From assembly GCA_965221125.1 (NCBI GenBank), contig CBDCRW010000004.1, positions 992,001 to 1,056,000 on the forward strand: a stretch of 64,000 nt of DNA, given 5' to 3'. The position numbers and the translations under genes were made by a program. How positions within the stretch are numbered: position 1 is the first letter of the stretch; each line of letters opens with the position of its first letter. Source of the stretch: Alphaproteobacteria bacterium (GTDB taxonomy: Bacteria; Pseudomonadota; Alphaproteobacteria; UBA828). Below the pieces are notes generated by a model that saw only the letters and a program-made list of their open reading frames with translations, ran no database searches and was not told the DNA's origin. Below are positions 1 to 13,344 of this stretch, piece by piece.

Positions 1-1200
1 CTTGATGACGTGGGTGCGGTCCGCCCGCCTGGTCAGCGCCTCCAGCGGATCGGCAGCGTCGATGATCGCCAGGTCGGCAACGCAGCCGGGCTCCGCGCCG
101 TAGTCGTCGAGCCCCATGGTGCGGGCGGCGGCGCCGGTCTGCATGTCGAATACCGTCTCGATCTCGTGCGGGTGGCTCATGTGCGCGGCGTGGCTCGCGA
201 GGAACATCACCTCCAGCGGATCGACGCGTCCGAAGGGGTAGAAGGTATCGCGGATACAGTCCTGCCCGCAGGAGACGTTGACCCCGGCCTCCAGCAGCTC
301 CTTCACGCGTGTGATGCCACGCCGCTTGGGCTGGGCGTCGCCCCGCCCCTGCAGCATGAGGTTGGTCGCGGGGTTCACGATCATGTGGATGTCGGCCTCA
401 CGCACGAGACCGATCACGCGGTTGGCGTAATCCTCCTCGTAGCCTGCGAGCGCGCAGGTGTGGCCGGCGGTGACGCGCCCTCGCCAGCCGTTCTCCATGG
501 TCTGCTCGGCAAGCACTTCAAGCGTCTTCGCGTCGGGATCGTCGGTCTCGTCCACGTGCATGTCGATGTCGGCGTCGTGGTGCTTCGCGATCTCGAAAGC
601 CAAAGCGATGTGCCGGGCGCTGTCGGCAGGCGAATCCTCGTTGAAGGGCATGCCGCCCACCAGATCGGCGCCCGCCTCCATCGCCTTCCACATCAGGTCG
701 TCGGTGCCCTTGTCCTTGAAGATGCCTTCCTGCGGGAAGGCCACGATCTGCACGTCGGCGATGTCGCGGGTGCACTCGCGCGCTTCGACCACGCCCTCCA
801 ACGGACGCAAACCGCCGATGCTGTCCACATCGACATGGCTGCGAAAGCGCGTGACCCCGCAGGCGACCGCCGTGCGGATGGTGCGCACCGCGCGCGCCGT
901 GATTTCCTCCACCGTGTAGGCGCGCTTCCGGGCCCAGATGATCTCGATGGCCTCGTCGAGGGTGCCGGAGCGGTTGGGCCTGACATCGTCGTTGATCTGC
1001 GCCTTGTCGAGGTGGATGTGCGGCTCCAGGAAACCCGCCACGCAGAGGCGGCCGCCGGCATCGATGGTGCGCTCGGCCGCGGCCGCCCCGCCGGAGGGTG
1101 CGGGCACGAAGCGGCCGCCCTTGACGAAGAGGTCGCGCGGCGCGTCCTCCCGCCAGAGATGGGCGTTCGTGATCGCGAGGTCGACCCGGTCTTCCGTCAT
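1..1200 (-). CDS. Amidohydrolase family protein, cytosine deaminase-like (3' end runs off the window)
   Basis: Not in the ORF track because it has no stop in the window. Translated by hand from ATG at 1200: MTEDRVDLAITNAHL...GFLEPHIHLDKA (HxH), RSHVDVD, QIVAFPQEG, DMHVDETDD, AGHTCAL, GQDCIRDTFYPFG, all CodA-type motifs. Confidence 0.88.
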   Translation of the reverse strand, partial: MTEDRVDLAITNAHLWREDAPRDLFVKGGRFVPAPSGGAAAAERTIDAGGRLCVAGFLEPHIHLDKAQINDDVRPNRSGTLDEAIEIIWARKRAYTVEEITARAVRTIRTAVACGVTRFRSHVDVDSIGGLRPLEGVVEARECTRDIADVQIVAFPQEGIFKDKGTDDLMWKAMEAGADLVGGMPFNEDSPADSARHIALAFEIAKHHDADIDMHVDETDDPDAKTLEVLAEQTMENGWRGRVTAGHTCALAGYEEDYANRVIGLVREADIHMIVNPATNLMLQGRGDAQPKRRGITRVKELLEAGVNVSCGQDCIRDTFYPFGRVDPLEVMFLASHAAHMSHPHEIETVFDMQTGAAARTMGLDDYGAEPGCVADLAIIDAADPLEALTRRADRTHVIK

Positions 1201-1522
1201 CCGTTCGCTCCTTCCTGAGCCCCCGGTGCCCGCAAGGCGCGCCAGCGTCCAGTCCCGGCCGAGCGCCGCCATGACGGCGAAGAATCCGGGCGACACGTGG
1301 AGGTCAGGCGCGCCGAATGAAACGGCCGGGTGACTGTGTTCAAGCAGACCTCTCCTCCAGGAGAAGCCACTATACCAATCCGGAACGGGCTTGTTTTGCC
1401 CTTCGAATACCAAGGCGCCTCGGATGTCGAAGCGCCCGATTGCCGGGCTATGTTCGTACCGCTACGGTCGCGCTGCACGGCACACCGCGCTCGGACCGAT
1501 CGCACCGGGAGACTCGACACCC

Positions 1523-2839
1523 ATGAGGGCATCGCGCCTGAACCAGGTTCTGCACTCGGTGGCGGATGCTGGCCGCGAGTTGCTGCGACGCGGCGCGCCT
1601 GCGGCAAGGCCGCACAGACAATCGCCGCACGCGCTCTGCGAGGCCCTGCTGTCGACGCGGGGCGAGGCGTCGGGCACGGCGCTCGCCCGTGACGTCGCCG
1701 ATGCCTATCGCGCGATGAACCATGCGGAGAAGCGTGCCTTCTTCTCGATGCTCGCCGCCGACTACGGACCGGATCCGACGGCGATCCACGCAGCCGGCGA
1801 TGCCTACAGGGCGGCTCCCGGCTTCGAGACGCTTATGGAGCTGAGTGCTGCGATCGAGCCGCCGCGCCAGAAGCTGTTCCGCCGCATCAACATGGCACCG
1901 GAAGGAACGGCGACTGTCGTGGCCATGCGCAAGGACCTTCTCGAGCTGCTGCCGGACGATCCGCCGCTCAGGGCGGTGGATGCCGATCTCGTGCACCTGC
2001 TCGCCTCATGGTTCAACCGGGGCTTCCTCCGTCTCAGGCAGATCGACTGGGAGAGCCCTGCCGCGCTGCTGCAGAAGATCATGGCCTACGAGAGCGTGCA
2101 CGCGATGGCGGGCTGGGACGAGCTCAGGCGCCGTCTTGCCGGCGACCGGAGATGCTTCGCCTTCTTCCACCCGGCGCTTGCAGACGAGCCGCTGATATTC
2201 GTGGAGGTGGCGCTGACGCGTGGAATGGCAAGCGCCGTGCAGCCATTGCTTGCCAACGGCGGCGATGTCCTCGACCCGCGGGAGGCGGATACGGCGGTCT
2301 TCTACGCGATCAACAACTGCCAGGCGGGGCTTGTGGGGATCTCGTTCGGGAACTTCCTCATCAAGCAGGTCGTGGTCGAGCTCGCCTACGAGCTGCCCAA
2401 CCTCAAGACCTTCGCCACTCTCTCGCCCATACCCGGATTCCGCGCATGGCTCGCGTCGCTCGACAAGAGCGCCAACACGGCGGTCTCGACGGACGAGACC
2501 GAGGCGATGGAGCGTCTCTCGACCCCGGGCTGGCACCGGGACGAGGAGGTCGCGGGGCGCATGCGGGAGCCGCTGACGCGCCTGTGCGCACGTTATCTCC
2601 TGGAGACCGGCCCCGGCGGCCGCTCCCTGGACCCTGTCGCCCGCTTCCACTTGCGCAACGGCGCACGTCTCGAACGGATCAACTGGCTCGGCGACGTATC
2701 CGCCAAGGGGCTGTCGGATTCTGCGAGCCTGCTGGTCAACTACCTGTACGACCCCAGGACGATCGAGCGCAATCACGAGGGCTACGTGAAGGAGGGCGGG
2801 ATCGCGGCGTCTCCCGAAATCAGGCGTCTGCTCAGATAG
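1523..2839 (+). CDS. Malonyl-CoA decarboxylase
   Basis: Motifs SWFNRGFL, YESVH, RRCFAFFHPAL, GISFGNFLIKQVV, TLSPIPGF, DPVARFHLRNGA. Start placed at ATG 1523; the ORF track extends to 1391. Confidence 0.93.
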   Translation: MRASRLNQVLHSVADAGRELLRRGAPAARPHRQSPHALCEALLSTRGEASGTALARDVADAYRAMNHAEKRAFFSMLAADYGPDPTAIHAAGDAYRAAPGFETLMELSAAIEPPRQKLFRRINMAPEGTATVVAMRKDLLELLPDDPPLRAVDADLVHLLASWFNRGFLRLRQIDWESPAALLQKIMAYESVHAMAGWDELRRRLAGDRRCFAFFHPALADEPLIFVEVALTRGMASAVQPLLANGGDVLDPREADTAVFYAINNCQAGLVGISFGNFLIKQVVVELAYELPNLKTFATLSPIPGFRAWLASLDKSANTAVSTDETEAMERLSTPGWHRDEEVAGRMREPLTRLCARYLLETGPGGRSLDPVARFHLRNGARLERINWLGDVSAKGLSDSASLLVNYLYDPRTIERNHEGYVKEGGIAASPEIRRLLR

Positions 2840-3029
2840 CCGTCGGCACGATTCTTGCAACCTCGCCGGCCACGGTCAGGAGTCCGACCGGTTGGCCTGT
2901 ACGCAGGTTGAGGCCGTGGGTCTGGAGATCTGTCGATGAATCGGGGTTGCGTCCTGCGCCTGAGCTTGCCGCAGGGTTGGCCTGCATAATCGTGATTTCC
3001 AGGTGCCGTGCACGTCGTCTCCGGCCCGT

Positions 3030-3317
3030 ATCGGACCGAACATGGATGCCGAAGTGCGGGTTATGAATCGCCGGTAATCTGCACGCCGAACGAACTGCTG
3101 GAGACCGACCAAGAAGACGCAGTCTGCTGATCCGGTCATCTCGGAGGTGAGGGTCATGCGCGACGCGCATGTGGCCGGCCTTGATTGCGACATCGCGGCG
3201 ATCTTCGGGGACATCCGGGCGATGCAGGAATATTCGGGACGAGAGTTCGTCCGCTATCCCTCTCGCCCGGTTGTCGCTACGGAGGTCGGGTTGGCGAGGC
3301 ATGTGCGAAATGACTGA
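3030..3317 (+). pseudogene. Remnant of a PIN-type toxin C-terminus and its small downstream partner
   Basis: Hand translation gives CRSAGYESPVICTPNELLE, then an overlapping ORF without a start codon (3111-3317: KKTQSADPVISEVRVMRDAH...AAIFGDIRAMQEYSGREFVRYPSRP). Family recognised from memory only. Confidence 0.45.
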
Positions 3318-3386
3318 TGCTGGAATTGGGCGCTCGTAACCTACAAACTGTTGAGAGTGTGCCTTGACTGCCAGCCCGGAGGCTCC

Positions 3387-4139
3387 ATGAGAAGGCTTGC
3401 CGCAGCGCTGACCCTGGTTCTGTTGCTTTCTGCGTCCGCGTTCGGTGATGACACGGCACGGGAGAGGCTCCGCATCGGCGTCGATCCCGCCTACCCGCCG
3501 TTCAGCGACATCGACGATGCGAACCGGCTCATCGGCTTCGATATCGACATCGCGCTTGCGCTCTGCGCGCACATGGAAGCCGAGTGCACGTTCGTCCACC
3601 AGGAATGGGAGGGGTTGATCCCGGAACTGCTGGCCGGCTCGTTCGACGCCATCGTCTCCAGCATGTCGATCACCGAGAAGCGCCGGGGCTTGGTGGCGTT
3701 TACCGAACGCTATTACAGCAGCGGCGTTCGCTTCGTGGTCCGGAAAGGCTCGGACTTCGATCCCGAAGACCCGGCAGGCAGGACCGTCGGCGCGATGCGC
3801 GCGACGATCGCCTCGGACTGGCTCGAAGACAACCGCTCGAGGTTTGCCGACATAAGACTGTACGCCGACCAGGAGGCACTCGATCGGGCGCTGATCGAAG
3901 GCCACGTTGACGCGGTGTTCGGAGACGCGCTCGGCTTCTGGAAGTGGCTCAACAGCCCCGAGGGCGCGGACTTCGCCTATGCGGGCGGTGCCTACCGCCT
4001 TGATGAAGGCATCGGGATTGCCGTGCGCAAGGAGGACGAGACGCTGCGGCAGGGTCTGAACCGGGCAATCCGGGCTATCCTTGCCGACGGAACCTACAAG
4101 AAGATCAACGCAAGGTATTTTCCGTTCTACATCTACTGA
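3387..4139 (+). CDS. Polar amino-acid ABC transporter substrate-binding protein (SBP family 3)
   Basis: Signal peptide; PAYPPF, GFDIDIA, SSMSITEKR, GIGIAVRK, DGTYKKI motifs. No permease or ATPase gene adjacent. Confidence 0.9.
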   Translation: MRRLAAALTLVLLLSASAFGDDTARERLRIGVDPAYPPFSDIDDANRLIGFDIDIALALCAHMEAECTFVHQEWEGLIPELLAGSFDAIVSSMSITEKRRGLVAFTERYYSSGVRFVVRKGSDFDPEDPAGRTVGAMRATIASDWLEDNRSRFADIRLYADQEALDRALIEGHVDAVFGDALGFWKWLNSPEGADFAYAGGAYRLDEGIGIAVRKEDETLRQGLNRAIRAILADGTYKKINARYFPFYIY

Positions 4140-4638
4140 GTGCTGCTCAAGGCAACCATGATTGCTCCGCGAGAGCGTCCTGAGCGGATTTCGGCGCCTC
4201 GGTCGCAGCAAGGGCATCATGGCGGCAGTGAAAATCCGCCGGCCGTCTTGGATCCGCGACGGAGCCGAAGCCGATCAAGCTCACCGGCGCGTTCGGTGAA
4301 CTCGGCAAAGCGTTGCAGGCCCGTTCCGAGTAGCGGTCGCGACAAGGAGCGGAGGTTCCGGCGAGGTTCGCGCTATTCCGGCTCACGGTATTGGAGGGAT
4401 TGTGGGGCCCTCGGGCGCAACCGCGAGGAATCGCGCCCGATGTAATGGAGGTGAATGGCGGCCAGACTCCCGCAGCAGCGACGGATACCCGGCTGCGCGA
4501 CCGCTACGAAGGGGACACGCTCGGCATCGTCGATTGCGGCGTTCAGCCGCGGGTCGACGCCGCGGCGAACCCCGGACGAAGCCAGCGAACGTGAGACGCT
4601 GTCCGGCGAGATGTAAGGGATGCGCCCACCTGGCGCGC

Positions 4639-7068
4639 TTACCGTGGGCGCAGGGTCAAGATGCCGAGGGCACCGTCCTCCAACCGGGCACGATCGGTGA
4701 GCATGGGCAAGTAGCGACCGTCGCGCCAGGGCTCGGCGAAGTCTTCGTAATGCGAGGACAGCGGGTTGCCCGACTGGCCCGTGCTGACGATGAACACCGA
4801 GCGCTCGAGGTCTCCAAGGTCGTACACCGCGCGGTAGCCGGCGCCGTGGTTCTGAGCGAAAGGCGCCTCCGGATCGCTCACGTCGAAGCCACCGGCCTTC
4901 ACCGTGTCCTTCTCTCCGCCGCTCGGCAGCTTCACCTCGAACCATGACCCGATGGCGGGAACCTCGCCGAGTATGCGGTGCTTCATGTGCACCGCGTGGG
5001 CCTCGCCCCAGCGCCACGCGCTCATGTCCCGGCCATGGTCCGCGGAAAGGAACGCCAGTGCCCCGTCAAGAGCTCCTGAGACGGCCTCCGCACAGCCCTC
5101 CCGTTCTTCGGTCGTCACCACGTCGCACCAAGCCTTGCGCAGGGTGAGCGCGCGGTGGATCGTCTCGGGCCGGATCTTCCAGTAGTCCTCGAACGCCTCG
5201 CCGAGCTCGTCGGCGAAGAGAACGCGCATCAGCGCGCGCAGCCATGCCATGTAGATCAATGGCTCGGGACGGTCGCGCGACATGACGCGATCCCACCCCT
5301 CCAGCATGGCGACGGCGAGGCGTGAGTGATCGCTCGACGGCTCGACCAGAGGAAGCAGGACCGGCAGCAGCCTCGCCGCCGAAAGCGAGTAGATGTCCTG
5401 CTGGATCGCGGCGAAGCTCGCCACGTCGTGCGAAGCCCGCGCGTCGAGCAATGCCTCGATCCGCTGCGCGCGGTACGGTGGAGCCCATACATCGGTCAGG
5501 TAATGCGGATAGTCGAGGGGAACGATCCGGTTGTTGGCGCTCACGACCCTGCCCGACTGCGGGTTGTAGGCGCGGGGGAGGTCCTCAAAGGGGACCCAGC
5601 CAACCCAGTCGTGTGCGCCGGTCCAGCCCGGCGCCGGCATGTGTCCCTGGCCGGAGGCCCGGATCGGCACACGTCCCGGTGCGATATAGCCGATATTGCC
5701 GTCCCGATCCGCGAACACGATGGTCTGCTGCGGAACAGTCACGTCCCGCAGAGCCTCGACGAAGCCGTCCCAATCCTCTGCGGCAGGCGCACGCACCAGC
5801 GCCTCGGCCGTACGGTCGTTCTCGGCCAGCGCCGTCCAGGCGAAGGCCAGCACATGTCCTTCCTCCAGAAACTGCGCGCTCTCCTCAACCACGTCGGAGA
5901 TCACCGGTCCGTGGCGCGTCTCGCGAACGACAAGCTCGACCGTGTCTTCGCCGCTGACGGCGATGCTCTCGGTGCGAACCTCGAAGGGCAAGCTCCCCTC
6001 AGGCGCGAGGTAACGGCTGCGATCGCCGGGGTCGAGCCGCTCTATGAAGAGATCCTGCACATCGGAGCCAGTGTTGGTGAAGCCCCAGGCGAAGTGCCGG
6101 TTGTGACCGAGCAGCGGGAATGGGAGGCCGGGAAGAGTGGCGCCGACGATCTCGAACTCGGGCGTCGAGACATGAGCCAGGTACCACACACCCGGTATCT
6201 CCAGACGCAGGTGCGGGTCGTTCGCCAGCAGCGGCTTGCCCGAGGCCGTGCGTTCGCCGGCGACGGCCCAGCTGTTGGAGCCGAAACCGGAGACCCGCGC
6301 GCCCGGTGTCGAAGCGATAAGCGCGCCGTAGTCGATATCGGCAGACACGGCGGCGCCGGGCATGGTGTACGGGCCCGGCGCAGGGTCGTCCGGGTGCTGG
6401 GCCCAGAGATCCTGCATCTGACCCGCGTCGAGCGTGCCGGCCAGTCTTGCACGCAGCAGCTCGTCCCGGAAATTGTCGCCGAGGTCCCAGGCCATGATCT
6501 TGAGCCAGACCAGACTGTCGGCCGGGCGCCAGAGCGCGGGCTCATGGCCGAGCAGCTGAAACTCAAGCGGCAGCAGCCCCGAACGTGTCTCCAGCCACGC
6601 GTTCACACCGGCGGCATACGCCTCGTAGATTGCCTGCACCTCCGGCGAGAGCGCCTCGAAGTTGCGCTCGGCCACCCGGTAGAGGCCCAGCGTGCGCAGG
6701 AACCTGTCGGTCTCCAGGCCCGGCTCGCCCACTACCTCGGCAAGCCGTGCAGAGCCGATCCTGCGCTGCATCTCAAGCTGCCAGAGCCGGTCCTGCGCGT
6801 GAACGTAGCCCATGGCAAAGGCGCCATCTCTCGGCGAGCGCGCGTAAATGTGTGGGATCGCATTCGCATCGCGCACGATCTCCACCGGGGCATCGAGGCC
6901 CGCAACGGTCTCGCTTCCGTCGTAGGACGGAAGGGAAAGCCACGAGCACGAACCGACGGCGAGCAGCACGGAAAGAAGCGCGAACGGCACGAGACCGCTG
7001 CCGATCGGCAAACCGCCTGGAAGCCGTGAACGCCAAACATCACCGGCATTGCGAGTCTCGCCGCTCAT
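4639..7068 (-). CDS. Penicillin acylase family (Ntn-hydrolase) protein
   Basis: GYVHAQDRLWQ, catalytic G/SNSWAV, LLANDPHL, GQSGNPLSSHYED. Start uncertain (ATG 7068 chosen). Confidence 0.92.
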   Translation of the reverse strand: MSGETRNAGDVWRSRLPGGLPIGSGLVPFALLSVLLAVGSCSWLSLPSYDGSETVAGLDAPVEIVRDANAIPHIYARSPRDGAFAMGYVHAQDRLWQLEMQRRIGSARLAEVVGEPGLETDRFLRTLGLYRVAERNFEALSPEVQAIYEAYAAGVNAWLETRSGLLPLEFQLLGHEPALWRPADSLVWLKIMAWDLGDNFRDELLRARLAGTLDAGQMQDLWAQHPDDPAPGPYTMPGAAVSADIDYGALIASTPGARVSGFGSNSWAVAGERTASGKPLLANDPHLRLEIPGVWYLAHVSTPEFEIVGATLPGLPFPLLGHNRHFAWGFTNTGSDVQDLFIERLDPGDRSRYLAPEGSLPFEVRTESIAVSGEDTVELVVRETRHGPVISDVVEESAQFLEEGHVLAFAWTALAENDRTAEALVRAPAAEDWDGFVEALRDVTVPQQTIVFADRDGNIGYIAPGRVPIRASGQGHMPAPGWTGAHDWVGWVPFEDLPRAYNPQSGRVVSANNRIVPLDYPHYLTDVWAPPYRAQRIEALLDARASHDVASFAAIQQDIYSLSAARLLPVLLPLVEPSSDHSRLAVAMLEGWDRVMSRDRPEPLIYMAWLRALMRVLFADELGEAFEDYWKIRPETIHRALTLRKAWCDVVTTEEREGCAEAVSGALDGALAFLSADHGRDMSAWRWGEAHAVHMKHRILGEVPAIGSWFEVKLPSGGEKDTVKAGGFDVSDPEAPFAQNHGAGYRAVYDLGDLERSVFIVSTGQSGNPLSSHYEDFAEPWRDGRYLPMLTDRARLEDGALGILTLRPR

Positions 7069-7155
7069 GATCGCCCCCTTGTAGCCTTCCCTTCTCAGAC
7101 AAGCGCCGCCTCGATCGAGGCGGCGCTCTCCGTCAATCGACAACAGACGCTAACA

Positions 7156-7362
7156 TTACTCTGCAGCGCACGGATTGCAGGGGTTGCAGGCGTCCCCGTC
7201 GTCATCGGCCGCACACGGGTTGCAGGGATTGCGCGGGTTGCAAGCCTCGTGCGAGGCCGCGACGACAAGCGGCGCGTCCGCAGCGGACACGGCCGAAGGC
7301 GCGAGCGCGGCACCGGCCGCCATGGTCACGACTGTCGTGGCAACGACGGTTTCCTTGAGCAC
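7156..7362 (-). CDS. Small exported Cys-rich protein with repeated NPC motifs (68 aa)
   Basis: GGAGGAG RBS precedes GTG at 7362. Hydrophobic leader, then ACNPRNPCNPCAADDDGDACNPCNPCAAE-stop. Confidence 0.7.
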   Translation of the reverse strand: MLKETVVATTVVTMAAGAALAPSAVSAADAPLVVAASHEACNPRNPCNPCAADDDGDACNPCNPCAAE

Positions 7363-7636
7363 TGCGTGCTCTCCTCCCCGCAGGTTCCCGTTGAGGCAGA
7401 GTCTTCCACAGCCGCTGCGGGCGCCGGACCGCGTGAAGCCCAAGCCATTTTCCAGGTAGGGTCGTGGTTGCAGGGCAGACGAGCGCTCCTGTGGCGATGT
7501 GCATCGTCGAATCTGCGGCCCGAGTTTCTCGAAGGCTTGCAGCGGCGCGAGCAGCCCGAACCGGCAAGGCCTTCGCCGACTGCGCTCGGCGCCCCGCCCG
7601 CCGAGCGAACGGCAGCGCAAGCCACTCTGGCGGCGG

Positions 7637-8680
<1,044 letters not shown>

Positions 8681-9100
8681 CTACGCCTCCCGAACGGCGA
8701 CGCGTCGCAGAAGCCGCGTCCGACGCCCACAGGCTCGAAGCTCCTGAGACCGTATCCGGGCTCCTAGACCGATTCGCAGCATGCTGGCAAGCAGTAGGGC
8801 TCATCTGCTCATCTCGGTCGGGCGGGTCACACGAGGATGCGCATCAAGATGGCGTCTCGATACTGGCTCTGCTGCAGGGCCTCCGCAAAGGAGACAGGTG
8901 ACGCTGCCCGTGTCGATTTACACCTTGGACAACGATCGCGGACGCCCAGATTCTCTCCCGCAGCCACCTGCGAACCGGGAGAGGAGGAATGTTCTTGCTT
9001 ATGGAGACGGTAACCGGCATGGAGGTGGAATCCGGTATCGACTGACGCTTGCGCTATGCCAGCGAGCGAGCACCGGTCCATATCCATTAGGAGGATGTTG

Positions 9101-9553
9101 ATGATTTCGATGAAGATCAACGGGGTCAGCCGCCAGTTCCACGGCGATCCCGACATGCCGCTTCTCTGGTATGTCCGGGACGAGCTCGGGCTGACAGGGA
9201 CGAAGTTCGGCTGCGGCGCAGCGCTCTGCGGCGCGTGTACGATTCACCTGGACGGCGAGGCCGTCCGCTCCTGCGTCACCCCGGTCTCGGAGGCCAACGG
9301 CAAGGACGTGACCACCATCGAGGGTCTCGACGCCGACGGCAACCACCCGGTGCAGCGTGCGTGGCGCGCGCACAACGTACCGCAATGCGGCTACTGCCAG
9401 TCCGGCCAGATCATGTCGGCGGCGGCGCTGCTCAACGAGAACCCCGACCCCAGCGATGAAGAGATCGTTGACGGCATGTCCGGCAACATCTGTCGCTGCG
9501 GCACCTACCAGCGGATCTTCTCTGCGGTCCGCACAGCGGCGCAGGAGGTCTGA
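9101..9553 (+). CDS. [2Fe-2S] small subunit of an IorA-type molybdoenzyme
   Basis: [32 protein letters not shown]. Confidence 0.93.
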   Translation: MISMKINGVSRQFHGDPDMPLLWYVRDELGLTGTKFGCGAALCGACTIHLDGEAVRSCVTPVSEANGKDVTTIEGLDADGNHPVQRAWRAHNVPQCGYCQSGQIMSAAALLNENPDPSDEEIVDGMSGNICRCGTYQRIFSAVRTAAQEV

Positions 9554-9555
9554 TC

Positions 9556-11850
<2,295 letters not shown>

Positions 11851-11863
11851 CGCCTCGGACGAC

Positions 11864-11898
11864 GGGACGGCGAGGGATCCGAGATCCCCCGCCGTCCC
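11864..11898 (+). terminator. GC-rich stem-loop after the molybdoenzyme operon
   Basis: gggacggcgagggatc-cga-gatcccccgccgtccc, 15 of 16 positions paired; no U-tract. Confidence 0.5.
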
Positions 11899-12129
11899 CG
11901 AGCCCGTTCACTCAAGCAGGCAGCGGCGTCCGCTGCCTCACTCGGCGCCGGTGGCTAGGCGATCAGATCCTGGTGGTCTTTCTCCCGCCTGCGCGACCCT
12001 GAACCTTGCCGGCGAACAAGCGACAGGCGATGCTTGCGCCGGTGCAGGCGGCCGTAGCGAGTACCGTCGAGACTGGTCTATTCCGCGCCAAGCCGTAGGC
12101 GCCGCCCACTTGCCGATGAGGTCGGGAGC

Positions 12130-12657
12130 ATGCAGCTCACGCGATACAGCGACTATGCGGTGCGGGTACTCATGTACCTGGCTCTCAACGGCCGCCGCCG
12201 CTGCACGACCCGGGAGATCGCCGACGCCTATGGCGTCTCTGAGAGCCACCTCACGAAGGTGATCCATCACCTGGGCGAAAGCGGCTTCATTACCACGATC
12301 AGAGGCGAGGGCGGCGGCCTGGAGATGGCTAGACCGGCAAGCAGGATCAACCTCGGCGACGTTTATCGCGAGTTCGAGCCCAACTTCGAGCTGGCGGAGT
12401 GCTTCGCGGGCAAAGAGAAGTGCGCCTGTCCGATCGCAGGATTCTGCGAGCTAACCCATGCGTTGGAATTGGCCCTGCAGGCGTTCCTCGACGTTCTGGA
12501 CCGGTACACGCTGGAGGACCTCCTGAAATCGGCGCCCGCACTGAAGGGAATATTGATCGACAATGATGAGGACGGGCCCCGGCGCGTCAGCGCTCGAGGA
12601 ACGCCAGCGCGTCGGCCCGTGTCGGGTGGATCTCCACGACCTTGTCGAATCCGCTGA
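12130..12657 (+). CDS. Rrf2 family transcriptional regulator (NsrR-like)
   Basis: MQLTRYSDYAVRVLMYLA, RGEGGGL, three Cys (ECF...CPIAGFCEL). The C-terminal tail overlaps a pseudogene. Confidence 0.88.
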   Translation: MQLTRYSDYAVRVLMYLALNGRRRCTTREIADAYGVSESHLTKVIHHLGESGFITTIRGEGGGLEMARPASRINLGDVYREFEPNFELAECFAGKEKCACPIAGFCELTHALELALQAFLDVLDRYTLEDLLKSAPALKGILIDNDEDGPRRVSARGTPARRPVSGGSPRPCRIR

Positions 12658-12790
12658 TCTCGAAGACTTGCCGGACGGCGTTCGACGGCGCGCATGGCGA
12701 GAACGCAGCATCCTGCCGGAGGGCGAGTCTTTCCCGATCCGCGCCAGGTGATTCTTGAGGTGCGCCAGACCGACGCACGGATGAAGGCGC
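12587..12790 (-). pseudogene. STAS (anti-sigma-factor antagonist) fragment
   Basis: C-terminus AVRQVFEISGFDKVVEIHPTRADALAF is typical of STAS domains; the upstream part is not coherent in frame. Confidence 0.6.
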
Positions 12791-13000
12791 CCAGGAAACG
12801 CCTTGCCGGCGAGCGGGTTCGCACAGACCCGGACCGCTGCAGAAACCCCGATCCGCCTCAAGTGCCTCGACCGTCGCATTGGCCGCCGCGATACTCCCCG
12901 GGCGCGCGCTGACAGGCGATACTGGGTGCAATCCGCGAGCGAACGCCGCCTGGCCACCTTGTGGTCAAGCTGTTGAGCAATCATCTTTGGCGCGCGCTCC

Positions 13001-13220
13001 GGGAGGAATGGATGAAGCACGCCTTGAACTGGTGCCCGTGGGTGCGGTCGTTGACCTATTCGCCCGACGCCGTGCCCCACTCCCCGGTCCCCACCATCGC
13101 GGCTCAGCTCACCACCGTGACAAGATCGCGATGGCCCCTGGCCTTCGTCCCGAGAACGCGAAAGCCGTTCTTGGAGGCGTGGTGGGTGACGCGCTCCGCC
13201 AGGCCAGCCAGGGCCTCCCG
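13001..13220 (-). pseudogene. RecD2-like helicase N-terminal remnant
   Basis: Hand translation REALAGLAERVTHHASKNGFRVLGTKARGHRDLVTVVS*AAMVGTGEWGTASGE*VNDRTHGHQFKA, with in-frame stops at 13104-13106 and 13056-13058. Confidence 0.75.
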
Positions 13221-13344
13221 CTCCTCGAACGGCCGCTGCCGGCCGGCGGTCAAGCCGCGCCGGGCGCGGATTGCGCCGCCCGCTCCCGGTTGCGCGAGGC
13301 GGGCATGCGCGTGTCGTGCGCTGCCGCTCCGGCGTCCCTGCGGT

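Noticed and set aside
10-1218. 402-aa plus-strand ORF
   Set aside because: Antisense shadow of the minus-strand amidohydrolase, which carries all the recognisable motifs.
4391-4594. Short ORF (LRDRYEGDTLGIVDCG) that looks like a gene fragment
   Set aside because: No family could be assigned and there is no supporting context.
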